6,030 nt of DNA, taken from contig NW_021829500.1 in the NCBI RefSeq assembly GCF_006345805.1, forward strand, positions 1 through 6,030, read 5' to 3'. This stretch comes from Octopus sinensis (taxonomy: Eukaryota). The stretch's first letter is position 1. Every line of letters starts with the position of its first letter. The notes under the pieces are model-generated. The model made no database searches and had not been told where the DNA came from. It saw only the letters and a program-made list of their open reading frames with translations. Both the position numbers and the translations under genes were made by a program. Of the stretch, positions 1-6,030 are shown in pieces.

Positions 1-719
1 GATGGAGAAAAACTGGTGATCCAAAACATTACAACGGTGACCAGTTTATATTTCTAAAAGTCACGGCTACATTGCAAGAGCGGGAATAGCTATTAAGGCC
101 GCTCCTGTTACTAGAAAAAGCAGCGAAAAACCGGAACTTCTTCATAGCATCATAATTGAGTTGAATGCGGCCTCAGCAAAATATGCCAATAAGCGAAATA
201 ATCGTTGTCGGAACATCGGTTTAAAAATGTATGTTATGATTTTTTAAAAGGCAGCAGTGTGTGATTTGAAGCAGATAAGCGGCTGTCTACCATATCGAGT
301 AACGACGGTGAGTGTTCCGCCTTGATCTATGCCAATGCGAATAAATGCTGTAATTGTGCTGTTTTTTAACAGGTACATGATCAAAGACATTCCATACGTG
401 ATCATACGGTGTTTTTTTTTTATTTGAAACACAGTGTGTATCATGGGCGCTTACTGTTCTTTCTGGCAGATCGAATAAGCATGAAGAGGTTTCGTTATTG
501 GTTAAGCAGAAAATCCTTCGTTGTCATTCCTATCCACATCCCGGTTTGGAGTGAGAGGGAGGGAATATTTCCGAAAGAGGCTATTAAAGACTGGAAGGTG
601 CTGATAAAATTGGTGACGAAGCAGGTGTAAGGTTTCGAACTAAAAAAAAGTAGCGGATGGCCCCAAATGCGGGTGGGGTTGAAAAACAAATAATAGAGGA
701 AACAATATGGTTGTTAAAC

Positions 720-895
720 GGGTGGGGTGAATGAGTGCATTATTGAACAGACGGAGAAAAAATAAATGGATAAGGGAGATGGAAAAGAATAAAGGAAATG
801 GGGGTTATAGGTAGAGGACAGATGGGGGTAGGAGTTGATATGTGTCGAAGGGAAAGAAGAGGAGGAGGAAGATAATGTGTTGAAGGGGGCGGAGT
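720..895. repeat. Purine-rich (G/A) low-complexity tract
   Basis: Visible GGA/GAA/AAAG-rich composition on the plus strand. Confidence 0.6.
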
Positions 896-926
896 TTAAA
901 GAAATTCAAACATATCTGTAAATACT

Positions 927-1005
927 TGTATGTGGGTATGTGTTTGTGTGTGTTTGTGTGTGTTTGTGTGTGTATGTGTGTATGTGTTTGTGTGTATGTG
1001 CGTGT
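927..1005. repeat. Imperfect (TG)n microsatellite, including TGTTTGTGTG x3 (941-970)
   Basis: Direct reading of the sequence. Confidence 0.95.
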
Positions 1006-1078
1006 TTTGCAAACATCTGAATAGATGCGAACGTTGTGTCGGGAATAATGTGCATGTATGTATATACGCACTTATATA

Positions 1079-1083
<5 letters not shown>

Positions 1084-1127
<44 letters not shown>

Positions 1128-1158
1128 ATATATCTATATATATATATATATATATATA
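1084..1158. repeat. (TA)n microsatellite
   Basis: Direct reading; two TCTA interruptions. Confidence 0.98.
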
Positions 1159-1245
1159 ATTGTCACATATATTTACATATAAATTCTTCTATTTACATAA
1201 TATCGAGGTCTCCTTCATTCTTTTGTTGTTTTGCCATTTCTACCA

Positions 1246-1262
1246 ATATATATATATATATA

Positions 1263-1324
<62 letters not shown>

Positions 1325-1350
1325 TGTATGTATGTATGTATGTATGTATG
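1246..1350. repeat. Compound microsatellite: (TA)n then (TATG)14 at 1295-1350
   Basis: Direct reading of the sequence. Confidence 0.98.
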
Positions 1351-1400
1351 TTATGTGAAGACATAATATATAAATAATTATACAAATATGAAGACATGTA

Positions 1401-1433
<33 letters not shown>

Positions 1434-1476
1434 TACATATATATATATATATTATATATATATATGTATATATATA
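1401..1476. repeat. Imperfect (TA)n microsatellite
   Basis: Direct reading of the sequence. Confidence 0.95.
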
Positions 1477-1580
1477 CCTATATGTAATCATCAGGGTACA
1501 TGCTGCTCTACCTGGGGACCAACTCTCTTGACTCCTCCCATCATCCTCTATTGGTGTACGTATCGTTTTCGACACTGTTT

Positions 1581-1652
1581 TGTGTGTGTGCGTGTGTAAC
1601 TGTGTGTAAGTACGTGCGTGTCTGTGCGTGCATGTGTGTATGCGTGTATATG
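1581..1652. repeat. Degenerate (TG)/(TGCG) microsatellite
   Basis: Direct reading of the sequence. Confidence 0.85.
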
Positions 1653-2084
1653 CGAATGAAGATATTGGAAAGAGATTGGAACGAGAAAGGAAGAAAGAAA
1701 ATAGGTGACAAATCCAGAGACGTTTGACACTCTCAGGTCAGTGAAGCCATCTTTGATGGGATTGCTTAAAACATGGCGCAGCCATTCGAATGAATACATA
1801 AATAAATACATATATAAATACAGATAAATAAAAATAACCAGTTGTCACCATATTACCGCCATGTCTGTCTTCTAAACAGCCACCATATTGACAAATTTTT
1901 CGATCAGTTCAAAAATTTTTCTTTTACAAGAAGCATTCGACCATTATATAGCCATACGTTTTCACCCCTGTTTAGGGGCAGGAGTGAGGGCTGGGGTATA
2001 CATTTTACCTTCTTCTCTACCCTAATATTACTAACCGCCGGCGTCAATCGCCAACGTGACAAAATACCATTAAGTTATCGGCAC

Positions 2085-2220
2085 TTTTTTTTTTCCCTCT
2101 TCTATTCACCGCTTTTCATTCCTTTTTTTCCTTTTTTCTTTCGTCTATCCCGTCTTTATTCGTTTGTTTCTACTTCTTTTTCTTGTCTTTTTTCATCTTT
2201 AAAATTCTTTTGTGTTTTCC
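2085..2220. repeat. T/C-rich low-complexity tract
   Basis: Repeated T runs separated by C on the plus strand. Confidence 0.75.
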
Positions 2221-2387
2221 CATACCCGCAGAAATTACGCGGATAGAGGCCTAGCGTTGTTAATTAGTCCTTCATAGCGAGGCCGGTATGACGCCACCTC
2301 CTCGCATAGTGATCTTATCACTACAATTGTCTCGTTGACTTTGTTATTCCCTTACCTTCTTAGTTATTATTCTTATTGTTATCGACA

Positions 2388-2429
2388 TTGTTGTTGTTGT
2401 TGTTGAAGCTGTTTTTGTAGTTGTTGTTG
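2388..2429. repeat. (TTG)n microsatellite, perfect (TTG)6 at 2388-2405 plus a degenerate extension
   Basis: Direct reading of the sequence. Confidence 0.9.
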
Positions 2430-2487
2430 ATTAACAAAGCTAATTGCCTCGCTCCAACATTCCGTGTTTTACATCTACCTCATTTCG

Positions 2488-2800
2488 CTTCTCTCTCTCC
2501 TCATATTCTATTCTAACTTCTCTTGCCTATACTCTTATTTTCTCCCTTCTCACCCTTTCTGCAATCATCTTAACTCTCCAAATCTCCTCTCTCGCTCTCC
2601 CTTTCTGTCTCTCTCAATTTCTCTTGAATCAAGACTTTTTCAACGATTAGCTTCTCCAGTTTTATTTTACTTACAAACACGTGCCCTTCTCCACCCCACT
2701 GTCCCTCACTTTCTTCTCATTCAGTCCTTGCTCTTCCACTCTATATTTTTCTTCACTCTTTTCTCCTTCTCTTTCTGTCTCGTACTCTTCCTCTTTATCT
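2488..2800. repeat. Long CT-rich polypyrimidine low-complexity tract
   Basis: Degenerate (CT)/(TTCTC) composition over ~300 bp. Confidence 0.75.
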
Positions 2801-2823
2801 ACACACATACCACACATATCATC

Positions 2824-2832
2824 TATATATGT

Positions 2833-2892
<60 letters not shown>

Positions 2893-2902
2893 TATATATT
2901 AT
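2824..2902. repeat. (TA)n microsatellite
   Basis: Direct reading of the sequence. Confidence 0.97.
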
Positions 2903-2906
2903 AAAT

Positions 2907-3191
2907 TAAATTAGAGATAAAACCACTATTGGCAAATCAAACTGTAATTTTTCCCTGTAAGTTTGGATTTATTCCCTAATAATATTATATATATATATAA
3001 TATATATATATCTATATATATATATTAGGGAGTATAACGTACGTAGTTTTTTACTTATATATTGGTTATTCATTTTTATACTTTTTGTGATTTAGTTTTG
3101 TTTTATAAAAATATATTTCATTTGTTATTTATGTTTTGGTTTGCGCCTATCATTGTTTAAATTACATGATAGTGGTTTTATCGCTAATTTA
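2907..3191. repeat. Segment bounded by 23-bp inverted repeats
   Basis: TAAATTAGAGATAAAACCACTAT (2907-2929) matches the reverse complement of 3169-3191 (TAAATTAGCGATAAAACCACTAT) at 22/23. An internal 9-bp inverted pair TCCCTAATA (2973-2981)/TATTAGGGA (3023-3031) flanks a TA tract. Confidence 0.75.
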
Positions 3192-3197
3192 TATTAT

Positions 3198-3220
3198 ACA
3201 CACACACACACACACACACA
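3198..3220. repeat. (AC)11 microsatellite
   Basis: Direct reading of the sequence. Confidence 0.97.
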
Positions 3221-3446
3221 AAACACACGTTTATATGTATGCTTTACTGCGAATAGTTTTGTTATACGTCGCCGAGTTTACAATCCTGTAAATAAAATTT
3301 TGGTATTTCATATAAGCTCAGAGCTTATGGCAGTCACCGTGCAATGACTAAGGAAAATAGTCTAATAAAGGGGCATATAAGCCCAGGACAGAGAAAAAAA
3401 AGGCTTTCCCATCTACGTTGGATATGTATGTATCTTATACATCACA

Positions 3447-3848
3447 TATTCTTCTATTCTTTTATTGGTTTCAGTCATTTGACTGCAGCCAAGCTGGAGC
3501 ACCGCCTTTAGTCGAGCAAATCTTATTCTTTTTAAATACTTATTCTATCGGTTTCTCTTGCCGAACTGCTAGATAACGGGGACGTAAACACACCAGCATC
3601 GGTTGTCAAGCAATGCTAGGGGGACAAACACAGACACACAAACACACACACACGCATATATATATATATATATATACATATATACGACGGGCTTCCTTCA
3701 GTTTCCGTCTACCAAATCCACTGACAAGGCTTTGGTCGGCCCGAGGCTATAGCAGAAGACACTTGCCCAAGATGTCACGCAGTGGGACTGAACCCAGAAC
3801 CATGTGGCTGGTAAGCAAGCTACTTACCACACAGCCACTCCTGCGCTT
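3447..3848 (-). mobile_element. tRNA-derived CORE-type SINE, near full length (octopus OR-like family)
   Basis: Minus strand has an A box TGGCTGTGTGG (3827-3837), a B box GGTTCAGTCCC (3784-3794) and a CORE-like segment ATCTTGGGCAAGTGTCTT (3756-3773). It carries an internal TA/CA tract (~3625-3684) and an A-rich 3' tail (...GACTGAAACCAATAAAAGAATAGAAG). A second homologous copy lies at 4930-5343. Confidence 0.9.
3784..3837 (-). promoter_or_regulatory. Internal RNA polymerase III promoter (A box + B box) of the SINE
   Basis: TGGCTGTGTGG and GGTTCAGTCCC match the TRGCNNARYGG and GGTTCGANNCC consensus with tRNA-like spacing. Activity cannot be judged from sequence. Confidence 0.65.
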
Positions 3849-3850
3849 AC

Positions 3851-4112
<262 letters not shown>

Positions 4113-4326
4113 AGGGGAATAGCCACCAAGATGGTTTCTTAATATGCTAGAAGAAGACTCAAATCGTCTTACCACAAAGAATATTTGGAATCCACCTTCG
4201 TGGGTATTCCTCTTATTGATATATGTAAAATAGTTCATAGTCTTCAGACATTTTTTAAGTATTCTAAGCCAGTGATTTAAATTAATATTAATAAATAATA
4301 TTAATTTCTACCCTCTATATTTAACT

Positions 4327-4369
4327 TATATGTATGTATGTATGTGTATATATATATATATATATATAT
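4327..4369. repeat. Compound (TATG)/(TA) microsatellite
   Basis: Direct reading of the sequence. Confidence 0.95.
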
Positions 4370-4524
4370 TTTCATTCAGGATTTTGACAGCCAGCTTCCT
4401 GAAGATTTCATATGAATGAAACAGTTCTTGTCCTGTAGAAGCTCCTTCTATAAAATAAATTACTTTACTCTGCTATGTATTGAGTACCTTATTTACTGTG
4501 GTAACCCCGACTCAACCCGGGACC

Positions 4525-4527
<3 letters not shown>
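4369..4527 (+). mobile_element. Short TA-embedded repeat carrying the hammerhead; probable Penelope-like element pseudo-LTR fragment or non-autonomous derivative
   Basis: Non-repetitive island bounded on both sides by (TA)n. It contains the hammerhead, followed by AATAAA (4454-4459). Small type I hammerheads in pseudo-LTRs are an established feature of Penelope-like elements. No coding sequence is present to confirm the family. Confidence 0.5.
4393..4443 (+). ncRNA. Type I hammerhead ribozyme (predicted GUA cleavage after 4437)
   Basis: Stem I AGCTTC (4393-4398) pairs perfectly with GAAGCT (4438-4443). Core CTGAAGA at 4399-4405. Stem II TTC-ATAT-GAA (4407-4416) with a U.U mismatch at 10.1/11.1. 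GAAA at 4418-4421. Stem III ACAG (4421-4424)/CTGT (4433-4436) with an 8-nt loop. NUH triplet GTA at 4435-4437. All catalytic core nucleotides match the hammerhead consensus. Confidence 0.85.
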
Positions 4528-4576
<49 letters not shown>

Positions 4577-4588
4577 TATAATATATAT

Positions 4589-4681
<93 letters not shown>

Positions 4682-4701
4682 ATACATATTATACATATAT
4701 A
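4528..4701. repeat. Long imperfect (TA)n array (~170 bp)
   Basis: Direct reading of the sequence. Confidence 0.97.
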
Positions 4702-4929
4702 AGGGTGAAATATAATTAATTTAATAAAATCAATAAATTTCACCTAGTAGTCTTTCGATATGGGAAGGACCATATTCGGTAAAAAATTTATATAATTATA
4801 ATAAAGGGTTTTTTGCAACAAGTTGCTTAAACCACATACCGAAAATATTAGAAATAGCAGTCAAAGGGCTACTATTACTATTACTACAAAAATAAGTCTC
4901 CACAAACAACAGTATTTGCAACTCATATA

Positions 4930-5343
4930 TGGTAAGAAGCTTGCTTTCCAATCACTTGGTTCCAGGTTCAGTCCCATTGCGTGGCATCTTGGGCAACTGG
5001 CTTCTGATATAGCCTTGGGCGACCAAAGCATTCTGAGTGGATTTGGTAGATGGAAACTGAAAGAAGCTTGTCGTATATATTTATATGCCTATGAGTGTGT
5101 GACTGTGTGAGTGTGTGTGTGCGTGTGTGTGTTTTTTTTCCCTCAACTACCACATGACAAACAGTGTGTATGTGTTTACGTTCACGTAACTTAGCGGTTC
5201 AGCAAAATATTTCGATAAAATAAGCACCAGGCTTTAAATATATAAGTACTGGGAACGATTCATTTGAGAAATATTTTTCAAGGCGGTGCCCCAGCATGGC
5301 CGCAGTCTAATGACTGAAACAGCTAAACAATAAAACGTAAAAG
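4930..5343 (+). mobile_element. Second, more diverged copy of the same SINE family with an eroded 5' end
   Basis: 4930-5080 aligns to the reverse complement of 3678-3829 with 21 differences in 152 columns by manual alignment (~86%). The B box GGTTCAGTCCC is retained and the A box is degraded. There is an internal GT tract (~5093-5131) and a homologous tail GGCGGTGCCCCAGCATGGCCGCAGTCTAATGACTGAAAC followed by an A-rich end. Confidence 0.88.
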
Positions 5344-5345
5344 AT

Positions 5346-5429
5346 ATGCGTATGCATACAAACATGCACACAGCCTCACACTCACACTCACATACACATA
5401 CGCACACATACACATACACACACATACAC
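5346..5429. repeat. Degenerate (CA)/(CATA) microsatellite after the SINE tail
   Basis: Direct reading of the sequence. Confidence 0.9.
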
Positions 5430-5494
5430 AGAGTTGAAACGCTGTTTGATTATTCTTATCAGCGTTGAATGTTCACCATTCCACTTCCATTCCA

Positions 5495-5598
5495 CAAACA
5501 CATACACGTACACACACATACATACACATATGCATACAGACATACACACATATATACACATACATAGACAACATACACACACACACATACACACTCAC
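5495..5598. repeat. Degenerate (CA)/(CATA) microsatellite abutting the mariner end
   Basis: Direct reading of the sequence. Confidence 0.9.
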
Positions 5599-6030
5599 AA
5601 GTATGAAATTTGTAGAAAAGAAAAGAAAGTTTGCTAATGTTTTATAAACATAAAGAATAGTTTTATTCATCAAAGTCTGCACCCATATCGTCAATACACT
5701 TTTGCCATTTCAGCGGTACCTTGTCAAGCACGGAACTGTAAAAACCTGGAAATCTAGACTCAATAAAATCTTGGAAGGCCTATTTTACAGCATCGTCGGA
5801 ATTAAAACCTTTTCCTATCAAAAAGTTATCCAAATTCTAGAAGTGGTATCCAGTTGGGGCAAGATCAGGTGAGTATGGTGGATGATGGAGAACTTCCAGC
5901 TCCAGCTCATGTAGTTTTGCCAATGTCATTTTTGCGATGTGTGGTCTGGCATGTTGTTGCAATAAAATAGGAGTGGATCTGTTGACTAATCTAGGCTTTT
6001 TTTAAAAGTTTCTGCATCATTTGTTCCAGT
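5598..6030 (-). mobile_element. 3' end of a mariner DNA transposon, including 3' UTR and a possible eroded terminal inverted repeat
   Basis: Transposase remnant is followed by ~50 nt of AT-rich UTR and then AAGTATGAAATT (5599-5610), placed where a mariner 3' TIR is expected. The outer boundary is lost in a CA array and the partner TIR is outside the window, so the TIR is tentative. Confidence 0.7.
5663..6030 (-). pseudogene. Decayed mariner (Tc1/mariner, DD34D) transposase, C-terminal part; continues beyond the window
   Basis: Minus-strand translation LEQMMQKLLK/KPRLVNRSTPILLQQHARPHIAKMTLAKLHELELEVLHHPPYSPDLAPTGYHF*NLDNFLIGKGFNSDDAVK*AFQDFIESRFPGFYSSVLDKVPLKWQKCIDDMGADFDE*. It retains the mariner motifs (DN)ARPH, HPPYSPDLAP and RW(QK)C. 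There is a frameshift in the T run at ~5997-6003 and in-frame stops at 5837-5839 and 5780-5782. The natural stop is at 5663-5665. Confidence 0.95.

Noticed and set aside
423-530. FETQC...SGRSNKHEEVSLLVKQKI as an APE endonuclease fragment
   Set aside because: Loose resemblance only; downstream YxP and GDFN motifs are absent.
1965-1994. CCCCT-GTTT-AGGGG hairpin followed by CTGG as a Helitron 3' end
   Set aside because: Only a 5-bp stem, CTRR is not followed by T, and no TC 5' end or Rep/helicase sequence is visible.
1842-2886. ORFs rich in F/S/L (1842-2246, 2444-2650, 2464-2886, 2681-2914) that look like membrane proteins
   Set aside because: The hydrophobicity comes from polypyrimidine low-complexity DNA; no recognisable motif.
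2974-3030. CCCTAA/TTAGGG as interstitial telomere sequence
   Set aside because: Single hexamers, not tandem arrays; expected by chance.
3775-3848. tRNA gene
   Set aside because: A and B boxes are present, but there is no acceptor stem or cloverleaf and the sequence continues into SINE core and tail.
4120-4250. Minus-strand CTGAAGA (4241-4247) and distant GAAAC-CATCTT-GGT as a second hammerhead
   Set aside because: No GAAA at a workable distance, the cleavage triplet would be GUG, and there is no stem I pairing.
4745-4782. Minus-strand CCGAATA-hairpin-GAAA as a decayed hammerhead
   Set aside because: Two core mismatches, asymmetric stem II and no convincing stem III or NUH.
5437-5467. AACGCTG/CAGCGTT inverted repeat
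   Set aside because: A 7-bp isolated stem within chance expectation, with no supporting context.

Overview
AT-rich, microsatellite-dense eukaryotic non-coding DNA with no intact protein-coding gene. Most ORFs in the track are YI/CV/HT repeat artefacts. The repeat content (tRNA/CORE-type SINE with an internal dinucleotide tract, very long TA arrays) resembles octopus/coleoid cephalopod DNA; this is recognition from memory, not a database result. Supported features: two copies of one SINE family in head-to-head inverted orientation (3447-3848 minus, 4930-5343 plus), the decayed 3' end of a mariner transposase (5663-6030 minus), and many microsatellites. The most interesting signal is an apparently complete type I hammerhead ribozyme (4393-4443 plus) in a ~160 bp island embedded in (TA)n and lying between the inverted SINEs. 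Several other short TA-embedded islands share G-rich ends and may be termini of Penelope-like retroelements inserting into TA microsatellites (inference). The CpG-retaining stretch at 1-690 remains unexplained.
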